Shown: positions 24,851 to 37,094, numbered from the stretch's first letter. The stretch is 64,000 bases of DNA from Camelus ferus (GCF_009834535.1 NC_045698.1:11222001-11286000), one strand, 5' to 3'. Notes: a model not told the origin generated them from the letters alone. Program-made: numbers and translations.

Positions 24851-25387
24851 GGGAGAGGCATCCCTGTTTGAGAAGTACTGCATTAGAAAGACAAAGTGGG
24901 TTTAATGAAGAATCCATTAAAGCAGGGAATTTGTTTTTTAAGGTGATGCAGCTATCTGGAGCCAACAGACTCTTGTTCTTTGGATAATGCCTCAGTCTTA
25001 GATTTGCTTTTGTCCTTTACTAGGAAATGTACAGTTTATAGTTGCAAATAAAACATTAATACTGTAGATGTGTTTCCCACATGTGCTTTCTTATTCACAT
25101 GTATGCCAAGATGAGATTACATTATCATAGTTGACTATGTTTTATAATCTTGTCTGAGTTTATAGTCAAGGCATATTATAATAGGGCTTTCATTCTCCTA
25201 TAATGTGGGTTAGGTATTTCCCATAAGATATTTAATACATAAGGCAAGAAATCTAATAAACTCCACTCTTGGTATTATGACTCCTTTCTTGGAAACAAGT
25301 GATACGGCTTGGTATGGGCTGGAGCAGAAGGCACGGTCCAGTTCTGAAATTACAAAACACAAAACTGCTCTTTCTTCTTTTTTCTAG

Positions 25388-25477
25388 GCAAAGGCAGCTC
25401 AAGCATCTCATCCGACGTGAGTTCAAGTACTGATCACACGCCAACCCAAGCCCAGAAGAATGTGGCCACCAGCGAAG
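25388..25477 (+). CDS. FBXL7: FBXL7 coding exon 2 (90 nt, phase 1/phase 1): (G)KGSSSISSDVSSSTDHTPTQAQKNVATSE
   Basis: Pyrimidine tract and ttttctag acceptor (AG 25386-25387), open frame GC|AAA GGC AGC...GAA|G, donor GAAG|gtaggc at 25478. The peptide matches my recollection of the human FBXL7 N-terminus (...YGSE-GKGSSSISSDVSSSTDHTPTKAQKNVATSE-DSDLSM...). Too short for the ORF track. Confidence 0.92.
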
Positions 25478-28464
25478 GTAGGCATCTGGTCTCCCTTGTC
25501 TCTTGCCCTCTGCACAGTGCTGGCTATGTTTGGAAGACATATGGAATGTGTGAGTCTCAGTCCTGCTCGACCTAGTGGGAGCATATGAGGTTCCTTAAAA
25601 TGAGAAGGCAGAGGTTTTCCCAGGTGTCCTTTGTGTTGCATTGCTGTCACTGTCTACTACAGTTGTTTTGGTGCGATTTAAATGTCTCAGTTCGAAGACA
25701 GATGCTATTATTTTGTGAAAATATAATGGGCTGGCTTTTGGAAAGCCTTTATGATATATCTTGGGTTTTTTTTTCAGTACAGAAAACATTATGATTGCAA
25801 AATCCTTGGGCTGCAGTTGAAAGTTCCTGCAAGAACTTTCAAAATAAGCACACCTGGAATTCAGGATTTTGACCAGGGGAAGGTCATAGTCATGTGATTT
25901 GTAGAACTTGAACTAATCACTGGTCCTGGGAGAGGAAAAGAGGTTTATTTGATTATTTAGAGAATTAAGTGAAGAGTCCTGCTTGTCAGGACAAGGATTG
26001 TCTGCATTGATATTCTTGATAAAGAATTTGACTATATGTAATAACACGTGTTGGAATTCAGTTGCTTCCCAATGGTTGAGAAACTTTTCAGTTATCACTT
26101 ACTTGTTTGCGTATGGAAACGGTTGTTTCCGTGGTAGTTATTTAGTGGAAAGTTGACTGAATTATGGAATCAGGTCCTTTTATTTTGATGTTAAACACAA
26201 TTAAATGCCTTAAATGACTTCTCTGAAGAAGAATTCTTTCTAAATAAATTGTTGAATGGAGGTCAAGGTGAAACATTATTGCCATTTATAACATGAGGTG
26301 TCAGCTGATTTTCTCATGACACTGTGTAGAGCCTACTTTCCTAAAGTGTACAGCATGTTGTGGAAACACACTTTCAGTCCTTGTTTCAGTGGCTTAGCTT
26401 CTGCTGCTTATAGTGTTAGGAAGAGGAATCATGACCTGGTGTCGGTCATCTCAGCCGTTTGATTGCTCCTGATCTGCATTATAGTTTATGCATTAATGGT
26501 GATGGTTTACCTCTGTTATATGTGTCTTCTCTTTGGGTATTCTCTGACTTGGAGTGGTTCAAATAAGTATCTTCTCTGGGTTAATTATCCCCAGGCTGAT
26601 GGATAAATAGCTTTTACAACTGGATGATATTCCCTTGTGTTTAATGCCTTAGCATTGTAGCATTGTTTTAACAACAAGGTATGGCACACAGATTGGGGGC
26701 TTCTCTTTAGTGCAGTGAAGCACCAGGTAGCAATCCAACTTTAATTTTCTGCCTGTTAATTCAAATACGGGGATTAGATCATTCTTGAAATTCACTTAAG
26801 GTAATGTGCAAATCGGCTAAACTGATTCTAGGCGTTAGCTTTCATTCTTAGAAGCCAGAGTGGAAATTACTTCAGTTTAATTTATTTATGATCTGCTCTA
26901 ATCAGAAATCTATGTTTTGTAATAAGATTACCAGTTCTTTCCACCATTATTTCGCAGTCCCTCTTGTCACAGTAATTTGTCTAATTTGAGTGGCTGTGAC
27001 AAGAGAAAGTTAAAAGTATGTGAAGTCATTCCTCTCTGTTTCCCTGTACGGATTTATGTTCTCTTAATATTTTTTCCCCACTTCTCACATATAGAAAATG
27101 CAAAAATATATGAGCTCTGTTGCAAAGGTTGGGGGAAGGGACTGTGGGGTATCATGCATTACAAAAAGTTTGCTTTTCATGCTTCAAAAAATACTATAGG
27201 GATTTATTTTTTTAATTTTGTACTTTACCTTTTTCTTAGGAAGATTCTTTTGGTGTAGGCCCAGTCAGTGTTTTATACACTTTTGTCCCAATGCATTTTC
27301 AGGAGAGAAAAATGGGAAAATGTAATGTTCATTTGAAACAGAATTTTTAGCAATGGGGCTAAATTAGCATGGAATTTTTTTCTCAGCTCTTAAGTAGAAG
27401 AGCCTCATCCTTATGAAAGATGCTCTCCACTCTCTGCTTATCTGAAAAAGTTAGAAAGAATGTGTTGTTTTGCTGTTTATTTGTGTGAATCCATTTTTGC
27501 TACTGTTTTTCAAGCAATGAAAATTAAAAATCTTAAAAAATGAATTAAGTGTGGGTATTAGTTACATTAAAATGTGTTTCAGGGCTATTTGCTGTGAAAT
27601 GGTCTCCTATTACCAGTCTGATTTTTCAAGATGGGAGTCCAGTAGCCGGTGCTGATTGTCTCAGTGCACAAGTGACAGAGCCTGGGTCTGCCTGTCAGGA
27701 TGAGAGATTAGGGCATCACGTTCTCTGACCTACTCAGGGTGGATTTACCCAATGGCATACATGTCTCCTCCTACTAGAAAGCACCTAGGGAACCACTGTG
27801 TGCAACACACTGACAAAAGAACACAGAAGGTGGACATTGATTTCTTACCCACTCTACAGATGAGCACGTGTAAAAATGCTTCTCTGATTCTCTTTCTACC
27901 GTTTCTACAAATATGTGTAACCTTTGATGCTAAGAAAATATTGGGTGAGTAGTGTACCTAGCTTTCTGGAAGCTGTTTGATTGTGGTTATTTTCTTGGAT
28001 TCTTTGACCGTCTCCTGATTTTTTCACCTCTGAATTCATAGATATTGTCTTCAAGAAGCACAGGCAGGATCTTCAGTTGAAAGATCTGAGTGATACTGAT
28101 TTCTAAACATGGTATATATTGTGAAGGATGTTACTCAGTTTTCCCTGCAGCTTTTGAAACTTTGGCCAAACCTAGAAGAGCTGGGTTGGAAGCATTTTGG
28201 AGCAGCGTTGGACTTCTCCCTGATGGGCTGGATGGGGAAGGCATTACAGTGCTTCCCTGCTGGTGGGGTGTGTGCGTGTGTGTCTGTGTGTGCACCTGTG
28301 TGCATTTGTGTCCAACCTCCACAGGACAGCTAATGGCCCAGGCATTGTCTCATACTGGGAAACATGTAGGTAACCAGTCTATGCAACATTTGCTGGTAAA
28401 TAAACCGAGGACATGGAAGTGGAGGGGAGAGAAGGACATTGACATGATATGCATTAACCTGGGA

Positions 28465-28610
28465 GTGGCCTTGGGAATGGTGATTAACTGTCAACAGGCA
28501 CGTGGGATCTCACTGGGGAGATGACGATATTCTAAAATTGGATTGTGGGGATAGTTACACAGCTCAGCAAGTTGACTAAAACTCATTGAATTTTACACAT
28601 GAAAATGGGC
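28465..28610 (+). mobile_element. L1MB/ME 3' fragment
   Basis: ggggagatgacgatattctaaaattggattgtggggatagttacacag...aaaactcattgaattttacac. Confidence 0.7.
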
Positions 28611-28743
28611 TTGGAGGAGCTGCTGCCTGACCTTCAACTCATATCTAAACCATCATAAACTATTCTGCTGCCTCCCAGCTCTGAAAGGAGGTCATGAACA
28701 GTGGTGAGAGGATGTCTTGACCTGCACAAAGTACAAAGCTGCC

Positions 28744-28906
28744 GGGAGGGTATAGCTCAGTGGTAGAGTCTTTGTTTAGCATGCACGAAGTCCTGGGTTC
28801 AAGCCCCAGTACCTTCAAAAAAACAATAAATAAATCAATAAATAAATCTATTTTCTGCCCCCTCCCCCAAATTTTTAAAACTTTTTTAAAAAAATTAAAA
28901 AAAAAA
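28744..28906 (+). mobile_element. Camelid tRNA-Ala-derived SINE (Vic-1-like)
   Basis: gggagggtatagctcagtggtagag...ttagcatgcacgaagtcctgggttcaagccccagtacc; A box 28753-28763, B box 28796-28806; then aataaataaatc repeats, a C-rich segment and an A tail. Confidence 0.9.
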
Positions 28907-30064
28907 CTGATCCTGAAATGCTCTGGCTTTGCGGCCAGAATCAGCCTGAAAGCCGTCATTTCAGACCTCCGGACCAGCAGTGTTCATAGCCCAGCGTGCG
29001 GTGCCGGTTAGAGCTGATACATGTATGTTCTCCCATGAAGCTCCTGAAAGATGTGAGAGATTATAGACTCACAGATTTCCCAACCCTTTTATTTACTTAC
29101 TTTTTTAGCTTTTCTTGGATAATCTTTATTCTTGGCTCAGATTTTAAGTACTTTAGCACAAGCCCTGATGTTTGAGGCATCACCTTTATTCTCTCTAAGT
29201 CTGTTTCTTTGCTGAGGGCTTATGTCTTTGCTATCTAGCTAAAGTTCCAGCTGATCCACTTTGGGTCATAAGGCGGTTCCCTTAAGATGGTGGGCACAGG
29301 TTGTGATACACTTCGGTTTTAATCCAAAAGGGGATGGTGTTTTTTTACCTGATGGGAGTGTTCTGTTCTAAGGTCTCATGCATAACTTTCATGAGTCTTA
29401 ATTTGGGGACTCTAAAGCCACCCCCCTTTCAAGGAATTGGCAGTCTACAGTGCTTTCTCCCTGATAAGGTATAAACTTTCTTGAAAGCCCATTGTATTTC
29501 TTGTGACAGTTTAAGTTCCTGATTTCCTGACACTGTAGGGGGTTGGAGTTCAAGTGTAGAAAGCTGGAAACTTTCCCTTTTTTCCCGAACAAAATCTGCA
29601 TTCCAACATCCTAAGCTTAATTCTTTCCAGTTGTGTTACTATTCTTTCTCTTCCATTCTGTTTTTTTCAGTTTTTCTCATCCACAGGGTGTTCTCTCTTG
29701 TATTTGGAAAGGATGGTTTTTGACCTTCATCTATTTAAAAGTCATGTCCAGCAGATTCAGTTGGATTAGGTTCCATCATGAAGAAGCTTCCTAGAAATAG
29801 TAAGCTGAGTTTGGGCTTCTTTCATGGAACAGGAAACAAAAGGGTGTGGCTTTAAGGGTGCATCTCAAAAACCCAACCTTCTCTTGAGCTGGGGTAAAAT
29901 GAAGCAGTTTGTTCAAAGGCCAAATGGAGTTGACTGATGAAGAATCAGCTTCTTTCAGCTGCTCTTTAATCATATTCAAGCTCAGAAATTGAAGTCACTG
30001 ACAACACCATTTATAGGTGTGATGGTTGTTTATATAGCTTGGGAATATATAAAGCCAGACAACC

Positions 30065-30220
30065 AGGGAATCCTAGAATTCTTAGAGCTACAAAGGGCTT
30101 TGGCAATTTTCTGATCGAATACATTCATTTTACAAAGAAATACCCATGGCACAGAGAAATGAGGAGATTTGCTCAAGATTATACACCTAATAAATTGTCA
30201 GGCAGGAGTGTAACACAGTA
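30065..30220 (-). mobile_element. MIR3-like fragment
   Basis: gaatcctagaattcttagagct...ttcattttacaaag...cacagagaaatgaggagatttgctcaag. Confidence 0.55.
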
Positions 30221-30246
30221 TTGTTTCGGTGAAAGATGGTCCAATT

Positions 30247-30935
30247 AGGAGAAAGCGTAACCTTTGTTTATTTACTTATTTATTTCTTTGCTTTTCTCTA
30301 ACTTACTGTTTTTTTAAATTGAAGTATAGTTGGTTTACAACGTTGCATCAGTCTGGCGTACAACATATTGTTTCAGTCATACATATCTTTGTTTTCATAT
30401 TCTTTTTCATTATAGGTTATTACAAGATATTGAATATAGTTCCCTATGCTACACAGAAGAAATTTATTTATCTATATTTTATATATAATAGTTAGTATCT
30501 GCAACTCTCAAACTCCCAATTTATCCCTTCCCACTCTTTTCCCCCGGTAACCATGTTTGTTTTCTATGCCTGTGAGTCTGTTTCTGTTTTGTAAATAAGT
30601 TCATTTGTGGGTGTTTTTTTGTTTTTGTTTTTTTAGATTCCACGTATGAGTGATATCATACGGTATTTTTCTTTCTGTTTCTGGCTTACTTCACTTAGAA
30701 TGNNNNNNNNNNNNNNNNNNNNNNNNNNNNNNNNNNNNNNNNNNNNNNNNNNNNNNNNNNNNNNNNNNNNNNNNNNNNNNNNNNNNNNNNNNNNNNNNNN
30801 NNNNNNNNNNNNNNNNNNNNNNNNNNNNNNNNNNNNNNNNNNNNNNNNNNNNNNNNNNNNNNNNNNNNNNNNNNNNNNNNNNNNNNNNCTTTTCAAATTT
30901 GAGTTCCCTCCTGATATAGAAAAAAGCATAACCTT
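30247..30935 (-). mobile_element. Young 5'-truncated L1 with degenerate tail and 18-bp TSD (15/18 identical)
   Basis: Antisense 3'UTR and ORF2 end (ILSEVSQKQKEKYRMISLIRGI). TSD aggagaaagcgtaacctt (30247-30264) vs agaaaaaagcataacctt (30918-30935), followed by AAAA (TT/AAAA endonuclease site). Confidence 0.88.
30703..30888. other. N-run (186 nt) inside L1 ORF2
   Basis: Direct reading. Confidence 0.95.
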
Positions 30936-31669
30936 AAAAAAAATCACTGTTGCCTTTGGAGCATGAAGCTGTTTGACTCTCTTTTGTCCATCTGCTGTCT
31001 AGCTGCCTAGTTTGAGCTGGTTGCAGAACTGAAGAAGGCTTTCAGAAGAGTCTGAGAAAGATGACTGAGCCCCAATTGATTAGCACTTCCAGAGGGAGGA
31101 GACAGTCTGCCTCAAATGGTAACAGGGTCTCCACCTACTTGGGTAGGTTGGTTTCTAGAGATGGAAACACTACCTTAAAGTCAGCTCATGATTATAAAAT
31201 AATCTTTCAACAGATTCACATAACATTACTTTCTGAAATTGCTCATTTATTTAACTCGCTGATGGAAGTTCATTTTAAAATGTTTCATTTGAGCCCTGTG
31301 AAATGAGTTGATTTATGAAGAATTGTTGGTGATATTCTTTCCATGAACCCTAAAATCACCAGTTTATTTATACAGTCATGGGCTGTCATTTTTTTTCAGC
31401 GCCCAAATTAGACCAATTCTAAATAGAGCTATTTTGAAAATGTCCAGACATCTGGCTTTACTTTTATTCTCTTTGTCTTCTTTATGTTATCTTCTTTTTA
31501 CTTCCCGAATATACTCGTCAAACAAAATTCACAGGAATCACTCAAGGAAGAGAAAGATGATGCTTTTAACTCAAGGTAGGTTCTGTTTCCCAAAAATTCT
31601 TTTCTGACTGTCCAAAAAATTCAACAAACATTGTTGGGACACTAATTTCAGGTTCTTACTCGTCCTTTC

Positions 31670-31840
31670 ATGAGCACTATTACATTCAACTTTGTTTCAT
31701 CTTCATACTTCTCTTGTGAAGTAAGCATAAATGTTTCCATTTGGCAGATGAAAACAGGGAGACTGGGGAAAAATTAGGGTGGCCCAAAGTCATGTTAAAC
31801 TAGTAAGTGGCAAAGATGAGCTTTGAGCCCTGAGTTCTGT
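31670..31840 (-). mobile_element. MIR
   Basis: tttccatttggcagatgaaaacaggg...ggcccaaagtcatg...ctagtaagtggcaaagatgagctttgagccc. Confidence 0.7.
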
Positions 31841-33089
31841 CTAAGATTTATACTTAATTGTTTTGTAAAATTGCCGTGCAAAACTACTGAGAGTTTCATA
31901 CGAATCATTGTTATAAGTTTATATCAGAATGTATTTTGAAAGTCCTTAAGAGAAATACCTTTTCAAATATCAACTCATAATCGTGTCTAGATTGCTAGTT
32001 TTACACACGGAAACATGTATCGTCTTAGAAGTTGACTTCAAATCCTCATTTATGGAAAGCAAAAGTCAACACTCCAAGCTGCTTTTCTATTGCACTGTTG
32101 AAGGTTTAGTTTCTCAGTTACTGTAACTGCCCTAAAAGACTGCACCAGAGTTAGGGTTTGAAATTGATATGTAAGTTAATCATGATACAGGGTCTCTAGT
32201 GTATGTAAGAGAAAAGTGCTGAGTAGTGGTATTGCTTGTTTTCCCTTTAAACCTGGGCCGTGGAATTATTCTTTAGCTGGAAATGCAGACAAGTGGTAGA
32301 TCTCAATCTCAGACCATGTGCCTTGGAAGACTGGAAATGGACCCTGAAGCAGTCTATTACAGTTGAATGAAATTCTGTCTTTGACACAAGAGCAAATGGA
32401 GTGATAACACAAGAAGAGGAATATAAAGAACTAGAGAAAGAAAATGACACTGAAGAAATCCCCTTAAGAATAGTTATAAAATGACATTTATCCAAATTGG
32501 ACAGTGGGGTGGGGGACCTTATGGAGAGGGAGAGGTTCCAAAATCAGAAACGGCTTTTAGCTTTTACTCAGTGTATGAGGAAGGTGATAATTGATTAGTA
32601 TAGAGGTTTGTTTTGCCTCTAAAAATTAAATTTTAAACTTCATCTCTGAAAACTTCAGGATCATTTAAGAATGCTTTGCAAGGCTTTAGCTTTTGAAGCT
32701 TAACGTGTTTTGGTAATTAAATTAGCAACTTACTGCTTCCTGATCAAGTTTCCTTTATTGTTGAAGCTACTGCTTAATTGTAAGTTAGGTGACTTTTGAA
32801 AAACTGCACCAATTACCTCTGGCGATTTGAGCATTTTATAGGTTCAATGTGCCCAATTTAATAAAGAAGTCGAATTTGAGTCTGAGGATTAGCTTAAGCA
32901 GAGAAAAGCTCATCAACTCAGTATCCACAAAATGGTTATGTAAGCCCAGAAATGTACACTGAAGTCATAAATACCATCCCAGACTCGAGAACTCAAGACT
33001 CAAGTTTAATTTCTTGAGGGAATTATCTTCCCAAATGAATTACCCAAAATGGCAAAAATGTCATTTAATAGTCTCAGAAGGAAATTAGG

Positions 33090-33093
<4 letters not shown>

Positions 33094-33132
<39 letters not shown>

Positions 33133-33164
33133 GTGTGTATGTATGTGTGTATGTGTATGTGTGT
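33094..33164. repeat. Compound microsatellite (TG)n/(TATG)n
   Basis: About 15 perfect TG units followed by interrupted TG/TATG. Confidence 0.95.
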
Positions 33165-35179
33165 TTAAGAATATCTTAAAGTAATACTTAACTGAGGCAT
33201 CCAGAGTCTCTCAGTGCCTTTATGTAGAGTTGGGAGGGAGAAAATGTTAGATCTTCGATATTCTAATCCCACGTATCAAATTATTCTATGCTTGTTTCCC
33301 TCACCTATGTTTTGTCATTTGTAAAAAAAAAATACTTAATAAATAATTAGTACATTTCAGCTAATGGTTTATCTAAGTACAACTAAATGTATTTGTAATG
33401 GAGGCTTGGATCATTCTGAAGATATCTTATCAGTAATTTAACCAAATGGGAATTTTTATTAAAGGATGTCATTAATCTAGGTTAAATACACTTGTTTAGG
33501 CACTGTATAAAATGGGGCTACGAAATGTATGCTAGTCACAAACTGGTAGCACAGAGAATGAGCCCTACTCTTCTACCTGAAGAATTTTCAGAACTGACTT
33601 TGGGTTTAATTTAATGGATTGAAGTGGCCCATCCAGCCTGCCCCTCTCGAGTCTCCCTCATCCTCTAATGCCGTAAACAGTCATCCTTCGCGATATTGCT
33701 GTTAGCTGTTTAGCTCCCTGAAGAATCTGATTTTATGACAGGATCTGGTGCTTCCAGAACCTTGGCAATTACTGGGGGAAATAAACACTTGTGAAACAGT
33801 TAAATAGTAATTTGGGATGGTGTGGGATTGTGTCCCAGCTAGTGGTTTGAAGAGGTGCTATAGCTGGAGGAGTTGGGGAAAGCATCGTGGTAGCCTGGGG
33901 CTTGGCTTTTGCTGTGTGGTAGAAGGTGGAGGGTGGAGAGGAGGATACAGCATGGCGCCTAAGACTGCGAAGAGTTTGGAAAAATCCATTTGGACTCACT
34001 TGGGGAAAAGTGAAGTCTTCTAAACAGACCCTCCTCTGGCAACATTGAATAGGGTCGAAAAGTGCCTTAAAGACATCCAGTCTTTCACTAAAACGATTAG
34101 TTATGGAGGGGCCACACATTCCTTGTGCAAGGGTTTCCATGGATCCCATATAATTGAAGTTGTCAGGGACAAATAGGCTATCATTCCATAACACTGTGTA
34201 CCCACCAACTTTCTTTGCGTTATTTGGAAGGTTTTACACTAAAGGACCAATTTCTGAGCTCATCTAAGGCAAAGAAGGAACATGGAGGAGGTTGGGAACC
34301 AACATTTTAGGACAAACATCTTGATACTGGGAAGGTTTGCTCGTTAGAGTCACGGACACAGTCCGACCTTAAAAATCAGGTTAGCATGTCTGTTTATTCC
34401 TCTTTGACTGGGAAATAACTTCCTGAGGATAAACTAACTTCCTCAGGAAGTCCCTGACTTCTCAAGGCTGTTAGACTGATTAACAAATAATGAGAGAAAA
34501 GCACTTGAGTTTTAAAGGACATTCCTTTACATCCTATATATTCCTGAAAAACATAGAAAATCCACATTATGGAGGGAATAATATACAAGTAATTTAGAAA
34601 TTATTTGTGACCATTAAGATATGATTGAAGAATTGTTATAAAGAATGCAGTCTGTGGAAAGCACATAGTAACACAGTGAATAATTTTAAATATAACTAGG
34701 AAACTTTCTGCTGTTTATAACTGTGTCTGCCTTCCCAGGTGGGGTAGGCCCCTGGTTCGCTGAAGGGCTTTTGTTCTTCCAAATAACTGCATGTGTTTGA
34801 GTATGTGAGTTTCCTGATGTAGGGTTTAAAAAACTAGGTTTCTCTGTGCAGTAGAGAGATGCTGGGCTTCAAAGGAAGGAGACACAGAGGGAACCCAGAA
34901 GAGTGAAGAGGGAGATGGTGGAAAGCAGTGAGAGTGGAGCTGGTGAGATAGTCCAACAGCTGTGAGGTAGGGATGCCCAAAGTGATGCCTTCCTGGGTCC
35001 CTGAAGTCAGTCTTTACCAAACTCACCAAATGCGTGGAGGGAGTGGATTTCCTATAGAAATCAGCCAAGGGCTGACTTTTGAGACTGTTCACTTGCTTTC
35101 TTTGTAGTCACCTGACTTACACAGATGTAACTAAAGCTGACTTCTGAAGAATCCATCAATTAACACTCCTTGATTATTA

Positions 35180-35600
35180 CACTGAGCACAAATTTATGTT
35201 TATCTTCTGTTGTATATAAAAGTGTTCTTTATGACTTGTTCTAACTTAGCAATTTATATTACCTTTTCTCTTTTGAATCTAATTATGGACTCACTTTGTT
35301 CTGATTATTAATAAGTATTATTCTCTTTTTGATGCTTGGCTTTTCACAACTTCTTCTGTGCAACACCTTTAGGCAGCTCCTTTGTCATTCTAGCACGTCC
35401 TTCCTGCTATGAAACCATCCTTGCTTTCTGGCCACAAAAGAATGTTCCTGATCCACTCTATTTTCTTTTTTCTGCCTAAGACACAGACTAAGTCATGTGC
35501 CTAAAGAGTCTGGGCCATTTTAGTGGAGAAAGATGTTCAAGACATAAATCTGGGAATCAAGCAAAGGGTTCCTGATGCTGTGGGCTCACTTTTAGGAAAA
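35180..35600 (-). mobile_element. Old L1 (L1MC/MD-like) 3'UTR fragment
   Basis: ctggccacaaaagaatgttcctg...gggccattttagtggagaaagatgttcaagacataaatctggg resembles the L1MD 3'UTR. Confidence 0.45.
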
Positions 35601-35909
35601 TGAGAGCAGGAGTAAAAGTATTTTTTGAGGTAACAGTACACACTGATTTTACCGAATTATAACATTGTATATTATAAACTCTTGCACATTACATATATTC
35701 TTATAGTATGAAATTTCATTTGCTAGTAAGATTTTTCTATTACTCAGCAACCAAACTTATCACTTCTGTTGGGCCTTCCCCATTGGTTCTCCAAATAATG
35801 TACTCAGATGTTCATTCTCGGTAGCAGTGACAAGTGATGAGCTCCAGTTCAATCAAGATATCAACTGCGTAAGAATTTTGTATGTGCTTCAGTTCATACC
35901 TCCACATGT

Positions 35910-36037
35910 CATGTCCACACTAGCTTGAACTTCTTTGAGGAAAGAACAGTGTTTTCTCCAGCTTTGTATATCCCATGGCTACCATAGTACTTAACATATA
36001 ATAAACATTTGATAAGTGTTTATTGGAAGGATGAATA
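35910..36037 (+). mobile_element. L2 3' terminus
   Basis: ctagcttgaacttctttgagg...tttgtatatcccatggc...aaacatttgataagtgtttattggaaggatgaat. Confidence 0.65.
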
Positions 36038-37094
36038 GGTCGCTGTTGAAGATTTTAAGAAGGAATGGCCCTCTTGATTAACTTTCCAACTATCGTCATA
36101 AAGACTAAGACCACAAAAGCTTTGCAAAACCAATGTAATATTTGAGAAGAGTAGTTACTTTTTAGGAAAAAGAATAATGCTGTTGCTTAGGGAAACTTGA
36201 GGCATATCATGGGAATATTGGCCATAGGTTTGTTGTTAGTTTCCTTTTGTGTTAAAGGAGCAACACCTTTTAAAAGTAGAATAGACATATTGGCAGGAAC
36301 ATGGAAGAGAAGGTATTTCTAGTTTCTATGTTTTCATACGTTTTAACATTTTTAAACCAAAAGGTTGTTAAGTTGTCTAAATACGAGCTCTGTAAATAAC
36401 CAGTTTCTCTCAGAAACTTTTTTACATTTTAGATCAGCAAATGAAATAAACTTAGAAATCTAGAATTCTAGGGCTATTCAGCAACCCTCCCTATCAATTT
36501 TAAGGGAAGAGGAAGATATGTTCTTTCCTGTCCACCAGTTTAATTTTATTAAATCCCTTTTTAATCTCTTTTAACCTCAATACAGTGAATTATTTCAATT
36601 CTTTATTCACTGACATCTCAAAGTACCAAATTAGGTCATGTGGTTCTTTAACTGGTGGAATTGGAGAAGTAAGTTTCATTTTATTGGCACAAAATATGGC
36701 TGAATTGGCCAGTATAAATGTGCTCATATTTTGGGGGATTCATGGACTTGTTATGAAGAAAATGTTAGAAAAACCATTCCTAAAAAATAAAATAATATTG
36801 TTCTTTCCTTTCTTCTCCCCAAAGAATTATCCTGGAACCAGCCTTGACCTCAGATTCTCTTTTGCAAACTGTGTTCTGTTTCTTGGATGCTAAGAAACTA
36901 CAGAGTTCATGTGTTTTGTTTACCTGGATTGGAACTGATCAGGACGGAGATTGGGAGGTGAATTCATCCAATCACAGCGCTTTACAGAAAGCTGAGTTCT
37001 GGTTAATGGATGCAGTTGGTAAATGAAGTTGGGGGTTGAACTTTTCATTTAATCTGAATGAAAGGGGAAAAAACAACAAAAAAAATTGTATGAT

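Larger units (their letters stand above)
1..25387 (+). other. FBXL7: FBXL7 intron 1 (3' part; inferred)
   Basis: No exon 1 (MGANNGKQYGSE) or CpG-island promoter seen upstream of exon 2 in the window; mammalian FBXL7 is known to have very long introns. Confidence 0.75.

Noticed and set aside
28744-28817. tRNA-Ala(AGC) gene
   Set aside because: GGGAGGGTATAG head, weak anticodon stem and the SINE-specific aataaataaatc/C-rich/A tail identify it as a SINE.
32380-32490. Purine-rich stretch reading EEEYKELEKENDTEE
   Set aside because: Short, no start or splice support, low complexity; at most an L1-like remnant.
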